From positions 24,100 through 88,099 of the IMG/VR virus record IMGVR_UViG_3300031963_000058: a DNA stretch of 64,000 nt; one strand, given 5' to 3'. A model generated the notes under the pieces. The model saw only the letters and a program-made list of their open reading frames with translations, ran no database searches and was not told the origin of the DNA. The DNA is from a virus. Taxonomy: Duplodnaviria; Heunggongvirae; Uroviricota; Caudoviricetes. Position 1 is the first letter of the stretch. Each line of letters begins with the position of its first letter. A program made the translations under genes and the position numbers. Positions 1-9,604 of the stretch are shown here, piece by piece.

Positions 1-39
1 AGATACGATAGAATAGCACAACAAATTATAAATGAGGCT

Positions 40-1035
40 TTGGAAGATAAAGCAAACTCTCTAGTTTCCCGTTTAAAGGAAAGATTAAATAATGAGCAAA
101 CTGACGATAGTATAATTAATGATGAGCTTCATGGCCGTCAGCGGGAGCTAGACATGAATAAAAATGGTAAATTGGATAGGGATGATTTTAAAAGGTTAAG
201 GAATAAAAAGTCAAAAAATAAAAAACATAATATAAATGACGAATTAAAAGGCCGTCAGCATAAGATAGATTTAAATCGTAATAACAAATTAGATCGAGAA
301 GATTTTGAAATGCTTAGAAATAGAGGTAAAAAATCAAAGAAAAAGACGATGAAAATGACAGAATCTGAACTTAGATTTTTGATATATAATATTGTTTCTG
401 AGCAAAAAAAAGCAAAAGGTTTAGCTGAGACAGAGAAAGTTTTAAAAAAATCTAAGCAGGAAAACAACCAGGCTATTAAGGATGTTGCTAAAAAAATGAA
501 TGAGTACCTTAAAGATGGATCTAAAGGTAAATTTGATCCAAACCCTAAAGGATTTCCAAAGGGTAATGGTGAATTAGCTAAAATGGATAAGAAAGCCTAT
601 ATCCCTTCAGATGCTGTTGATGAATATGTTGACGCATTTTCACATCCTGGTATGACAAATTTAATACCAGATGAAATACATTTTGATGATGAGAGAATAG
701 CGAGATATTTAAAAGGTGATGCTAAATCAGGTAATTCTCAAAAATATGCAAATGCGGTTGAAAGTGAATTGGGTGAGAGAATGATGAAAAATTATAAAAA
801 CAACTATTACGGCCAGGAACAAAAAAATGCGTCATATAAAAGATATCCTACACCTATAGATTATGCTGGTAGTAAATTAGGGCCTAAGGGTGCTTTAGGT
901 AAAGCTAAAACTAAAAAGACATCTCAGGATATATTAGCTAAGTTAGAATCTAAAAATGAGTCTGAAAAGACAATATTACATGAAGAGTTCAATAGAATTA
1001 ATGTTTTAACAAATTACACAAAACCAACACAATAG
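40..1035 (+). CDS. Lys-rich hypothetical protein with two tandem EF-hand/dockerin-like Ca-binding loops; possibly 5'-partial
   Basis: Long ORF with a TTG start at 40; the frame is open back to position 1, so the start may lie upstream of the window. Tandem repeats DMNKNGKLDRDDF and DLNRNNKLDREDF fit the Dx(N/D)xNGxLDxxD calcium-loop pattern. An internal MKMTESELRFLIYNIVSEQKK resembles the shared N-terminal module of other genes here. Confidence 0.5.
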   Translation: MEDKANSLVSRLKERLNNEQTDDSIINDELHGRQRELDMNKNGKLDRDDFKRLRNKKSKNKKHNINDELKGRQHKIDLNRNNKLDREDFEMLRNRGKKSKKKTMKMTESELRFLIYNIVSEQKKAKGLAETEKVLKKSKQENNQAIKDVAKKMNEYLKDGSKGKFDPNPKGFPKGNGELAKMDKKAYIPSDAVDEYVDAFSHPGMTNLIPDEIHFDDERIARYLKGDAKSGNSQKYANAVESELGERMMKNYKNNYYGQEQKNASYKRYPTPIDYAGSKLGPKGALGKAKTKKTSQDILAKLESKNESEKTILHEEFNRINVLTNYTKPTQ

Positions 1036-1067
1036 TATTTAATTTAATTATTTTTTTTATTATATTA

Positions 1068-1099
1068 ATTCCATAGACTTATCTATGGAATTTTTTTTT
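1068..1099 (+). terminator. Intrinsic terminator hairpin (TTCCATAGA / TCTATGGAA, 9-bp stem) followed by a T9 run
   Basis: Perfect inverted repeat plus T-run directly after the stop of ORF 40..1035. Confidence 0.7.
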
Positions 1100-1101
1100 A
1101 A

Positions 1102-1548
1102 ATGGCGAAAAACATAACTAAAGAAGATATCGAAACCTGGTTAAGCGTTAATAACTTAATACCAGAAAAAAGTGAACTTTTTTTAGATTTTTTAATCTCT
1201 CTTACTAATCTAATAAAAAAAACATATCTTGGAGGAACCTCTGTTCCTGTTGAGACAAGGATCACGACATCATTAAACGATAACATTAACCATTTTAAAT
1301 GGTGCTGGAACAATACCATTCAAAATTTTAAGAAAGAAAACATCTATTTCAGAGAAGAAGGTGAGCATTATGAATATTTTAAAACTCTTTTCTTAGAGAT
1401 TTATTATTCTCATGATGAAGCCAAGTTAAAAAATGAAATAATTCGGTATTTCTCAGGCATTTTTGATCACTACAAGCCTCATACCAAATATGAATTAGAC
1501 TTATGTTTGAGATTTTATAAATTGTTGGACAAAAATATTATAAGATAA
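1102..1548 (+). CDS. hypothetical protein (148 aa)
   Basis: ORF between a terminator and the next gene; no recognisable motif. Confidence 0.5.
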   Translation: MAKNITKEDIETWLSVNNLIPEKSELFLDFLISLTNLIKKTYLGGTSVPVETRITTSLNDNINHFKWCWNNTIQNFKKENIYFREEGEHYEYFKTLFLEIYYSHDEAKLKNEIIRYFSGIFDHYKPHTKYELDLCLRFYKLLDKNIIR

Positions 1549-1585
1549 ATCTTTACAATAAACATAAATTTAAATAGAATTAATT

Positions 1586-1768
1586 ATGGAAAAATTTATT
1601 AATGAATTAAAAGCTAAAACTGAGACTATATCAATGGAACTTCGTAAGTTTAGTCAAGGTAATGATAGTGCTGGAACCAGAGCTAGGAAGCTTGCCCTTG
1701 AAATTAAGGAAGATATGTTAGCATTAAGAAAAACAATCTTAGAAGAAAGAAAGAATAAAAATGATTAA
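1586..1768 (+). CDS. small basic histone H1-like DNA-binding protein (Bacteroidota type)
   Basis: 60 aa and Lys/Arg-rich. The SAGTRARKLALEIKEDMLALRK motif resembles the AAGTRxRK core of Bacteroidota small histone-H1-like proteins, as far as I recall. Confidence 0.45.
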   Translation: MEKFINELKAKTETISMELRKFSQGNDSAGTRARKLALEIKEDMLALRKTILEERKNKND

Positions 1769-1942
1769 TCTTTGTTTGTTTTACATACTTGTTTTTTCGA
1801 TATTGGCAATTATAAGATTGTTTGCTATCATTATATTTTCAATACTTAGTACACCGGCGAAACATGTTAAGTTAACAAACACAGAATTAATTTTCTATGG
1901 TATGATGTTATCATACATAATAACCTACGTTATTTACTAGCA

Positions 1943-2368
1943 ATGAAATTATATGAAAATTTAGAGCAAATTTTACCTTATTTAATTTCTATAAGGAAAT
2001 TGGATAAGTTTTTGAGCATAGATGTCTCTTTCCCGGAAAAATGGAAACTCATTAAGAAATTTGTTGACAAAGAAACAGTTGCAGAACAGAAACAAATTTC
2101 TGAAGGCTACAGGACTTTTTCTTTTTTTTGTGAATTAAATGATTTATCAATGGAATCACAATTTGACAATATTAAAGGTCTTATTCAATATAATAAGGAA
2201 AATGAAGCAAAAGAATTGTTATTGGTGCAGAAAAAAAATGAGCTGGATACCTTTTTCAGTAAATACCCAATAAGCGATTTATACAATCTAACTTTTGATA
2301 TAAAGAAAGATACTACAAAAATAAACAATGAGCAGATTACAGAAACTACAGAACTGGCTGAACAGTGA
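1943..2368 (+). CDS. hypothetical protein (141 aa); may be the first segment of a frameshifted gene
   Basis: ORF in frame 2. It is followed by overlapping ORFs in frame 0 (2328..2516) and frame 2 again (2480..2704). Confidence 0.4.
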   Translation: MKLYENLEQILPYLISIRKLDKFLSIDVSFPEKWKLIKKFVDKETVAEQKQISEGYRTFSFFCELNDLSMESQFDNIKGLIQYNKENEAKELLLVQKKNELDTFFSKYPISDLYNLTFDIKKDTTKINNEQITETTELAEQ

Positions 2369-2516
2369 AAAACAAAAAGACCAAGCCGAGCTTGAAAAAG
2401 AAAAGCAAGAATTTGCAAAATCTTTGGCTGGATTGAAGAAATCACAAATTTTGGACGAAGAACCTAAACAACATACCTTATGGACAAAGATAAAAAAAGT
2501 TTTGATGGGATTTTAG
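2328..2516 (+). CDS. hypothetical coiled-coil segment (62 aa); possible frameshift fragment
   Basis: Overlaps the end of 1943..2368 and the start of 2480..2704. The translation is protein-like and Lys/Glu-rich. Confidence 0.25.
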   Translation: MSRLQKLQNWLNSEKQKDQAELEKEKQEFAKSLAGLKKSQILDEEPKQHTLWTKIKKVLMGF

Positions 2517-2704
2517 GTAAATTAGCTTTAATCTCAGAAGGACTGGATCAGCTATATACCGGTAATAAAACAGTTGTTTTTGAAGTGTCAAAGGATGATT
2601 TTAATTCAACTATTAATGAACTTACCAATGTTATTGGTAATGAAGATAAAATGTTTAAAATTGTTATATCTAACATTGAATTCATTTTTGTTTTAAATGA
2701 GTAG
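2480..2704 (+). CDS. hypothetical protein (74 aa); possible frameshift fragment
   Basis: ATG at 2480 in the same frame as 1943..2368. Confidence 0.3.
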   Translation: MDKDKKSFDGILGKLALISEGLDQLYTGNKTVVFEVSKDDFNSTINELTNVIGNEDKMFKIVISNIEFIFVLNE

Positions 2705-3326
2705 TTGATACTCTATACAACATATCTCTACTATATCCTAGTTTTTCAAACATATCATACAAATATTTTTTTTGTGCAATATCAGTATCTCGTACTAGTA
2801 TTGCATTTTTTTTATTGGTATTTAGTAAGTAATCTTCAAGTGTAGAAATAAAACGATCAGCATCATCATTTGATTTACAGCTAAATAGAATAAAAGAATC
2901 ATCATCCTGGATAATAATTTTATTATTTAGTTTGGAAATTAATTTAATTGAATTACCTTTGAGGTATGAATTAACAATTTGGACTAGAGTTAATTTTTCC
3001 TGGCTATTTATTTTTTGGATTTTTTCAATTAATTTAAAGTCAGCAATTTTTTTTATAGAAAAATTGTCATTTTCAGATATGACAGGAATATTTCGACCTA
3101 AGTCATCTGATTTATATATAATGTCATCACTTTTTTCATTTGAAATTAATGCCAATTCAAAATAAACCGCTCTTCCATTTTCTATTTTTTTATCAAAAAT
3201 AATAGAATTGCTATCAGATAGTTTCTTTTCATAAAATTTATTCGCACCATCTTTAGTCTTAAACCTTTTTAATATTTTTCTTAGTTTTTTGTTTTTAAAA
3301 ACAACTACAGAGTATTTTTTATCCAT
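2682..3326 (-). CDS. hypothetical protein (214 aa)
   Basis: Long minus-strand ORF. The antisense ORF 2932..3165 is rejected. Confidence 0.5.
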   Translation of the reverse strand: MDKKYSVVVFKNKKLRKILKRFKTKDGANKFYEKKLSDSNSIIFDKKIENGRAVYFELALISNEKSDDIIYKSDDLGRNIPVISENDNFSIKKIADFKLIEKIQKINSQEKLTLVQIVNSYLKGNSIKLISKLNNKIIIQDDDSFILFSCKSNDDADRFISTLEDYLLNTNKKNAILVRDTDIAQKKYLYDMFEKLGYSRDMLYRVSTTHLKQK

Positions 3327-3395
3327 ATATAATATTTTTTGTGTTGTTAAAAATTAAAAAAAATGTCATTTACACATAAAACACAATATAAAAGC

Positions 3396-3908
3396 ATGAA
3401 AATTTTTTTTAAAGTATTTCTAATTTTTTTACCAATTTTTGGTTATTCACAATCTAATAAATATGTTTGTTTCACCGGCGGAATCGGTCCTAGAGTTCCT
3501 ACCGCAAATTTCACCTTTAGAGCTGAATTTGAAAATAAATTTGAATATTTCAAGCCAATAGTTGAATGTAATTCAAATGTAGATCTAGTTCTAAAAAACA
3601 ATGTTGAATCGGATCGTTGGAGAATTTTTAGTACTCTAGTTGGCGTTGAATATACCAGGGAAAACCTATTTATTAGAGGACTAATAGGTACTGCCAGCGA
3701 TTTTGAAGTTGGACTAAACGCTAATTTTTGTAAACTGGCCATAGGTTATCAGAATTATAGAAATTTTAGACTTTATGATGGTGACTATAAAGTGGTAATA
3801 TATTCTAACTTTAGTGAAAAATTCTTTGTTAAAGGAATGTATGTTACATCACTATCGGATATTAATCGAAATGGTGGTAGTCTTGGATTTTATATGCTAC
3901 TTAATTAA
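3396..3908 (+). CDS. secreted / outer-membrane beta-barrel-like protein with signal peptide
   Basis: N-terminal MKIFFKVFLIFLPIFGYSQ is a Bacteroidota-style signal peptide. The body has the alternating hydrophobic pattern typical of OM beta-barrels. An alternative ATG lies at 3363. Confidence 0.5.
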   Translation: MKIFFKVFLIFLPIFGYSQSNKYVCFTGGIGPRVPTANFTFRAEFENKFEYFKPIVECNSNVDLVLKNNVESDRWRIFSTLVGVEYTRENLFIRGLIGTASDFEVGLNANFCKLAIGYQNYRNFRLYDGDYKVVIYSNFSEKFFVKGMYVTSLSDINRNGGSLGFYMLLN

Positions 3909-4092
3909 GTTAATAATATACTTAATTATCACTATATTTCCTAAGATAATTGTTCCGGCTAAGTATATAGCTAAAGCTATTTCACCAAAATTAGAGTTGT
4001 AGTTTTTTTCTTTACAGCTTGTACATCCTTTAGTTTTCATATAACATTAAATATATTTAATTGTTATATTAAAGTAAATTGAGAATAATAAT

Positions 4093-4374
4093 ATGAGTAA
4101 AATTGAGGTCGATATATACTTATCTGGGGTTAAAAACTTTTTTGAAAAAAATTTAGAGTTATTTGAGAAAATAGTTGGCGATATGGAGCACGAAATATTT
4201 TTTGATAAAGTTCGTGAAATCGCAAACAAAAATTATAATAATAACGGTGATCCAACGTTAACTATTAAACAATTAGAGTCAATATCTAATGTTAGGTTTG
4301 AAAATCCGCCTGATAGCTTTAAAATTGTTAAATTTTCGGTCTCAGGAAAAAACTTTAATTTTTCTTCAAATTAA
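4093..4374 (+). CDS. hypothetical protein (93 aa)
   Basis: ORF with upstream AT-rich leader. Confidence 0.4.
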   Translation: MSKIEVDIYLSGVKNFFEKNLELFEKIVGDMEHEIFFDKVREIANKNYNNNGDPTLTIKQLESISNVRFENPPDSFKIVKFSVSGKNFNFSSN

Positions 4375-4433
4375 ATTTGCAATTGTGAATACGATTATCG
4401 TATCTTTGCAGCACAATTAAAAAACAACGACAC

Positions 4434-5201
4434 ATGGCAGCACCAATTGAATTTGAAACACTCAGAACTAACGTTCCGTCTATTTTCACAACCTCACCAT
4501 CGCCAAAGCTTTCGAGCAAGTATGTTTTCGTCCCAACAATAGATATTCTTGAGAAGTTTAGTGCTGAGGGATGGGACATCTTTAGTGCAAAACAAACTGG
4601 TAGGGGCCAATATTCTAGGCATGAGATTAGGCTCAGGAACGGAAGTGTTCCAAAAGTTGTTGGTGATAGCCTGTTTGAGGCTGTAATATCTAACTCACAT
4701 GATGGTAGCAACATTCTTTCAGTTAAAGCTGGTCTTTTCCGCCTGGCTTGTTCTAATGGTCTGACAGTGCCCACATCACTTAGTGGTACAATTACTTTGA
4801 AGCACAAGTACTTCGATGTATCTGAAGTTCGAAAACTTACAGATAATTTCGCTGAAATGCTACCAATGATTGAGGGAAATGTCAAAGAAATGATGTCAAG
4901 GATTATGACTGATGATGAACGACATGAATTTGCTAGAAAAGCAATGAGTCTAAGGTGGCCAGAAGAAAGGATTCCTGAAAATCTTTCACCTGAAAGACTT
5001 GTAAAGCCCAATAGGAATGAAGATGTTGTTCCTAATCTCTGGAACACATTTAATACACTTCAGGAAAACTTTGTACGCGGAGGTATCACATATTCCACCG
5101 GAACTCAGAGACGTACTTCTGTTCGATTTTTGACAGACATTAAACTCATCAACAATATTAATACAGGTCTTTGGAAGATGGCTGAAGAATATCTTCAATA
5201 A
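4434..5201 (+). CDS. DUF932-like phage/plasmid-associated protein
   Basis: 255 aa. The SNSHDGSN motif and the overall pattern resemble the DUF932/DUF945 family as I recall it. The region is visibly GC-richer than its flanks. The antisense ORF 4355..5047 is rejected. Confidence 0.5.
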   Translation: MAAPIEFETLRTNVPSIFTTSPSPKLSSKYVFVPTIDILEKFSAEGWDIFSAKQTGRGQYSRHEIRLRNGSVPKVVGDSLFEAVISNSHDGSNILSVKAGLFRLACSNGLTVPTSLSGTITLKHKYFDVSEVRKLTDNFAEMLPMIEGNVKEMMSRIMTDDERHEFARKAMSLRWPEERIPENLSPERLVKPNRNEDVVPNLWNTFNTLQENFVRGGITYSTGTQRRTSVRFLTDIKLINNINTGLWKMAEEYLQ

Positions 5202-5234
5202 TAAACTGTAAGTTAACCGCTTAAATGGGGGGAT

Positions 5235-5633
5235 ATGCAAAAATATCCTCCCAAATTTTTCATTATGAGTTTTTTGAAAAAATTTTTAAAAAAAATAAAT
5301 AAAGAGTCGAAATACGACTATTCAACCATTACGATAAATGGTACGTTTAACAAATCTATATTTGAATTAGATAAATTTAAAATAGTTGTAGCTCAATATC
5401 AGCAAAGTTCGGATAATGACTCTAAAATCGTTGGCTATGAATATATTTTAGAATTTGGTAAAAATATATATTTATATTTGAGTAGAGTACCGGCAAACCC
5501 TAGTATGGGTAAAGATTGGAATTCGGATGAAAATTCTTGGTATTCGTTAACAATAATATTTCAGCAAGAAAATTTAGAATTTGTAAAAATTCTGATAAAT
5601 AAACTAAATAAAAGTAAAAATTATGGATATTAG
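5235..5633 (+). CDS. hypothetical protein (132 aa)
   Basis: ORF; an internal start at MSFLKK is possible. Confidence 0.45.
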   Translation: MQKYPPKFFIMSFLKKFLKKINKESKYDYSTITINGTFNKSIFELDKFKIVVAQYQQSSDNDSKIVGYEYILEFGKNIYLYLSRVPANPSMGKDWNSDENSWYSLTIIFQQENLEFVKILINKLNKSKNYGY

Positions 5634-5946
5634 TCCTGATAAGTTAAAAGAGTTACTAAACTCAGATAAAAAAATCCTTGTTGAGTTTTATGCTCAATGG
5701 TGTGGGCCATGTAAAGTTCTTAAACCTGTTTTTGAGGAAGTTATGGAAAAACTTGAGAATGAGGGTAACGAAACTAAATTGTATACTTTTGATGTAGATA
5801 CTGATATAGAATTATCAATGTCTTTGGGTATAAGAAGTGTTCCGGTAATTAAAGGATTTTACTCAGGTAAAGAAGTAAAATCTAAAATAGGAATAACGTC
5901 TAAAGAAGAAATAACTAAAATGGCGACAATATGGGGGGAGAACTAG
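5623..5946 (+). CDS. trx: thioredoxin
   Basis: 107 aa with the WCGPCK active-site motif in a thioredoxin-fold context. Confidence 0.85.
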   Translation: MDISPDKLKELLNSDKKILVEFYAQWCGPCKVLKPVFEEVMEKLENEGNETKLYTFDVDTDIELSMSLGIRSVPVIKGFYSGKEVKSKIGITSKEEITKMATIWGEN

Positions 5947-6224
5947 TTTTATTTACAATGAAATCGTGTCCATACTGCACGATGATGAAAGATATGTTGA
6001 CAGAGAATAATATCTCTTTTCACGATAGAGATATTGATCTTTATCCGGATGAATTCGAATTATTCGTTGAGGCTGTGGGTGGGAACGAATATGTGCCATC
6101 TTTTATGATAATAAAGACAGACGAAAAAGGTAATCTTGATAGCGAACTATATGCTCCGGATCAACATTATCATGGTATAGATGAAGGGATAGAAATAATA
6201 AAAAAGAAATTGATACTAGATTAA
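5931..6224 (+). CDS. glutaredoxin-like protein
   Basis: 97 aa with N-terminal MKSCPYC (a CPYC dithiol motif) in a glutaredoxin-like fold. It overlaps the trx stop, so it is probably co-transcribed. Confidence 0.7.
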   Translation: MGGELVLFTMKSCPYCTMMKDMLTENNISFHDRDIDLYPDEFELFVEAVGGNEYVPSFMIIKTDEKGNLDSELYAPDQHYHGIDEGIEIIKKKLILD

Positions 6225-6935
6225 TAGATCAATAGTATCAATTTCTTTTTTCAACCAGGGTTTCTCCATCATGGGGTTTAATACCTCGCCTGTAAAATCA
6301 TATGAATTATATTCACTAATAAATTTAGTGTAATCTAGATCGAATAAATCTAGTATTGCGGACTTTATTTTTTCATTGTCTCTAAGAGATACAGACTTGA
6401 CCTGTAATTTATCTTCGAATTCATTTTCTTTATGAAAAGAAATACACATCTCAGATGTGTTTGTGCCGTCCATTATATTATATGCAATATATTCAAAGTA
6501 TAATAATAATGCTCTGTTAGTTTTTAACCCATAACCATGTGGGAATTGGGAGGACAAAAGATCTGGAGTATGAATGGGGATCAAACCGGCAGGTACGCAA
6601 ATTGTGTTGATTGAAGGCCTTTCAGTATTGTATAGATTTATTTCGCAAGAAGTTACTAAATCGTCTTCATTAGATGCCCGAATAAAATTTACAAAACTTA
6701 GTTCTTTTGGATAGTTAGCTTCAGATATTAAATCTGAATACTTATCGGTAAATTGAATAAATATTTCTGTGAGTTTTAAACTCTTTTTTGTGTTAGTACA
6801 TCCTAATATGACGAAAAAATTACCTTGATCTATGACTGTTATCTGAGTTGCTGTGTCTGGGCCTAATTCATTTAAGATATATTCAGCCAATAAATTAACG
6901 ATAGTTTGTTTTGTTATGTTATTTGATAATCTCAT
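6216..6935 (-). CDS. hypothetical protein (239 aa)
   Basis: Long ORF; no confident motif. Confidence 0.5.
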   Translation of the reverse strand: MRLSNNITKQTIVNLLAEYILNELGPDTATQITVIDQGNFFVILGCTNTKKSLKLTEIFIQFTDKYSDLISEANYPKELSFVNFIRASNEDDLVTSCEINLYNTERPSINTICVPAGLIPIHTPDLLSSQFPHGYGLKTNRALLLYFEYIAYNIMDGTNTSEMCISFHKENEFEDKLQVKSVSLRDNEKIKSAILDLFDLDYTKFISEYNSYDFTGEVLNPMMEKPWLKKEIDTIDLLI

Positions 6936-6990
6936 GATTATTATTTTTTTATAATTTTACATTAAAAAAAAATAAGTATAAATATAACAT

Positions 6991-7024
6991 AAAAAAAACC
7001 GCAACAATTATTGCGGTTTTTTTA
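6991..7024 (-). terminator. Intrinsic terminator hairpin (ACCGCAA / TTGCGGT) flanked by an A-run and a T-run
   Basis: 7-bp perfect stem with a 6-nt loop, an A8 run upstream and a T7 run downstream. It lies immediately 3' of the small minus-strand ORF 7031..7179. Confidence 0.6.
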
Positions 7025-7030
7025 TACTAT

Positions 7031-7179
7031 CTATTGTTATAGTATTTTTTAACAGTACGTTGGATATCTTCTTTTAACTTTTCTGTTACACTCTTTGTTG
7101 CCTGTTGAGTATTTGTTGTTGTACTGTTAGTTGTTGGTTGTTCGGCATTATTGCCTTTGTTTTTGCATCCGCATCCCAT
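7031..7179 (-). CDS. small hypothetical protein (49 aa, MGCGCKNKGNN...)
   Basis: Unlisted short ORF with an ATG start, followed directly by the hairpin terminator. Confidence 0.3.
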
Positions 7180-7272
7180 ATTTAATTTGTTTTAGTGTTA
7201 GTTTATTTATTGCAATAATATTTATATTTATAAATATATAAATAGAGCAAAAAAGATTAAATTGAAAATTCG

Positions 7273-8568
7273 ATGGAAGATAAAGAAACTATATCATTAA
7301 CCAGTGCAGAATATCGTAAATTATTAAAATTTGCTGGGGGTAATCCAAGATTAGTGCTTAAGTTACCAAAGATAAGGAATAAAAATATTATAATAACAGA
7401 CAGTCTAGATTTAAGTCGTTCAAATATTGATAACTTAGAAGGTATTATTGAAGTTAAGGGTTACTTAAATATTAGTAATACCAATATTTCAAACATCAGT
7501 CACATTAAGGTTGGTAGATATACATCAGATTCAAATACACCTTTAGAGCGTAAAAGATTACGTAAAATTAAGCAAGACCGTCTTGAACAGCTGAAATTAT
7601 ATGAAGTTAGAGGTCTATTTAATATAGAAAATGATACAGAAGAAAGTAATAAAGTTAATGCGTTATATGAGTATTTTGTTGATGAGAACATAATTGACCC
7701 TGAATATCAAGACAAGATATTAGCCTTAGAAACTAATTTAGAAGAATTACAAGGTCGATTAGAAAGTATTGGTGAAGATAACATTATTTACGGAGAATTG
7801 AAAGAACGTATTGATGAAATTGAAAATGAGATTTATGAATTGCACGAAAATAATTTTGGATTATATTCTATCTTCCCAGTTAGATATGGTTCGAATCGTG
7901 ACTATTATATTGTGATTGAAGGTGAGAACACTACTGCCTATGATAAGACATTCATAGTACTTACTGATGACGAATGTACACAATATGCGACAGAAAATAT
8001 TAATAGCTTATATGATGATATGGATATGTCAAATATGGATCTTGATTATTATGTTGACGGTGATGAAGTTAGAGATTCTTTTGAGGGTACCATAGATGAA
8101 TGGGTTAGAGAGTCTCCGGAATCTTATTTAGATGAGGATGATATGGAACTAACTGAAAGTCAGATGAATGAAATTGACATATTAAGAAGTGAAGCAGAAA
8201 CAATAGAGTATAAAATTGGTGAATTGGAAGATGAAGATGAAATAGAGGAACTTAGAGATAGGTTAACCGAGATAGAGTCTGAAATAGAATCAATTGAAGA
8301 GGAAAAAACTTATTCTGAAGAGGCTATTGAGAACTATGTCTCTAACTGGTTGGATAGTATAAAAGATGACCCGGTTAGCTTTTTAAAGGAAATGGGCTAT
8401 GATTCCAAATTTATAGCTGGATTTGTAGATAAAAATGCTTGGGTTATGGATGTTCTTCGAAGTGACGGCGAAGAACAATATATTTTACATGGTGAAGGGC
8501 CTTTAGGTTATTCTGTTATTAATAGAGTTGGATATCATATATATTATGAAGATGGCGGTTCACTTTAA
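7273..8568 (+). CDS. acidic coiled-coil protein with N-terminal LRR-like segment (431 aa)
   Basis: N-terminal LDLSRSNIDNLEGIIEVKGYLNISNTNISNI is LRR-like. The central part is highly acidic with heptad-like E/D-rich coiled coil. Confidence 0.55.
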   Translation: MEDKETISLTSAEYRKLLKFAGGNPRLVLKLPKIRNKNIIITDSLDLSRSNIDNLEGIIEVKGYLNISNTNISNISHIKVGRYTSDSNTPLERKRLRKIKQDRLEQLKLYEVRGLFNIENDTEESNKVNALYEYFVDENIIDPEYQDKILALETNLEELQGRLESIGEDNIIYGELKERIDEIENEIYELHENNFGLYSIFPVRYGSNRDYYIVIEGENTTAYDKTFIVLTDDECTQYATENINSLYDDMDMSNMDLDYYVDGDEVRDSFEGTIDEWVRESPESYLDEDDMELTESQMNEIDILRSEAETIEYKIGELEDEDEIEELRDRLTEIESEIESIEEEKTYSEEAIENYVSNWLDSIKDDPVSFLKEMGYDSKFIAGFVDKNAWVMDVLRSDGEEQYILHGEGPLGYSVINRVGYHIYYEDGGSL

Positions 8569-8612
8569 AATTAGTAAAATATTATTTATCATTATGAACT
8601 AGAATATGATTT

Positions 8613-9374
8613 ATGAGTAAAATTAAATTTATTATGGATACAGATTGGGTTATCCAGGAGCCGATAGACTTTGAACATAAGCAGTATGTTTTATTGGGGT
8701 ATCTAAAAAAAATTGATGCATTAATAAATGAGCACAAATTGTATCCAACATTTATAGAAATATCGTTGCACTTAGCTAATCTACACGCTATCATGCACGA
8801 ACATATGATGGTTTATACTGATAAAAAATTTAAATCATACGATGATGAAGTTATATTACAAGATTTGAGTTTTAAAGAATTGCCAGAATTTAACGAGGTT
8901 GAGCAGATAGAAATTATTAACTCAGTTAAATTTTCTACTATGAAAATTTATGAGTATTTTGAGATAGTTAGGCATTATTGGTCGTATATCTATGATAATA
9001 TCGAATTAATTCCTAAGAGGAATAAAAATAACATAAAAAATTATAACTTTGGTGTGATAGTTTATGTTGATGAAACGGATAATAATGTATATATTTGGGA
9101 GTATCTAATAACCAAAAATGTATTTACTATCGCGGAGAACAATACTGACTTAAATTTGATATTTTCTGGGGACTCTAAGTCATATGATCTGGACTATCAT
9201 ATTTCTAACTCAACAAAGTTGATAACAAAGAATAAACGAAAAGCACCGGTATTTTTTGTTAAAATACCCCAAAGTTTCCCAATAGAAGAGACATTGGCAC
9301 CGCTTTTTAAGCGTAAAGTTATGTCATATATTATGCAGTCGGTTAAGATTAATGAAATCAAAAAATTAACTTAA
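8613..9374 (+). CDS. hypothetical protein (253 aa)
   Basis: Long ORF. Confidence 0.5.
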   Translation: MSKIKFIMDTDWVIQEPIDFEHKQYVLLGYLKKIDALINEHKLYPTFIEISLHLANLHAIMHEHMMVYTDKKFKSYDDEVILQDLSFKELPEFNEVEQIEIINSVKFSTMKIYEYFEIVRHYWSYIYDNIELIPKRNKNNIKNYNFGVIVYVDETDNNVYIWEYLITKNVFTIAENNTDLNLIFSGDSKSYDLDYHISNSTKLITKNKRKAPVFFVKIPQSFPIEETLAPLFKRKVMSYIMQSVKINEIKKLT

Positions 9375-9378
9375 ATAT

Positions 9379-9600
9379 ATGAATAAAAACGTAGATCACC
9401 CGGAGCACTATGGGGGTGCGGACAATCCATTTGAAGTAATTAAAATCATAGAACACTACAATTTAGACTTCCACAATGGAAATGCTTTGAAATACATAGT
9501 TAGATCCGGCAAGAAAGATCCAAGTAAAGAAATTGAAGATTTGGAGAAAGCTGTATGGTATCTTTCTCGAAAGATTAACAAATTAAAAGAAACAAAATAA
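9379..9600 (+). CDS. DUF3310 family protein (phage-associated)
   Basis: VDHPEHYGG...NGNALKYIVRSGKKDP...EDLEKAVWYL matches the recalled DUF3310 pattern (HPxHY...GNxIKY...EDLxKAxWYL). Confidence 0.65.
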   Translation: MNKNVDHPEHYGGADNPFEVIKIIEHYNLDFHNGNALKYIVRSGKKDPSKEIEDLEKAVWYLSRKINKLKETK

Positions 9601-9604
9601 TATT

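Noticed and set aside
4355-5047. 230-aa minus-strand ORF
   Set aside because: It lies entirely antisense to the DUF932-like gene 4434..5201, which has a recognisable motif. The GC-richer segment inflates spurious ORF length.
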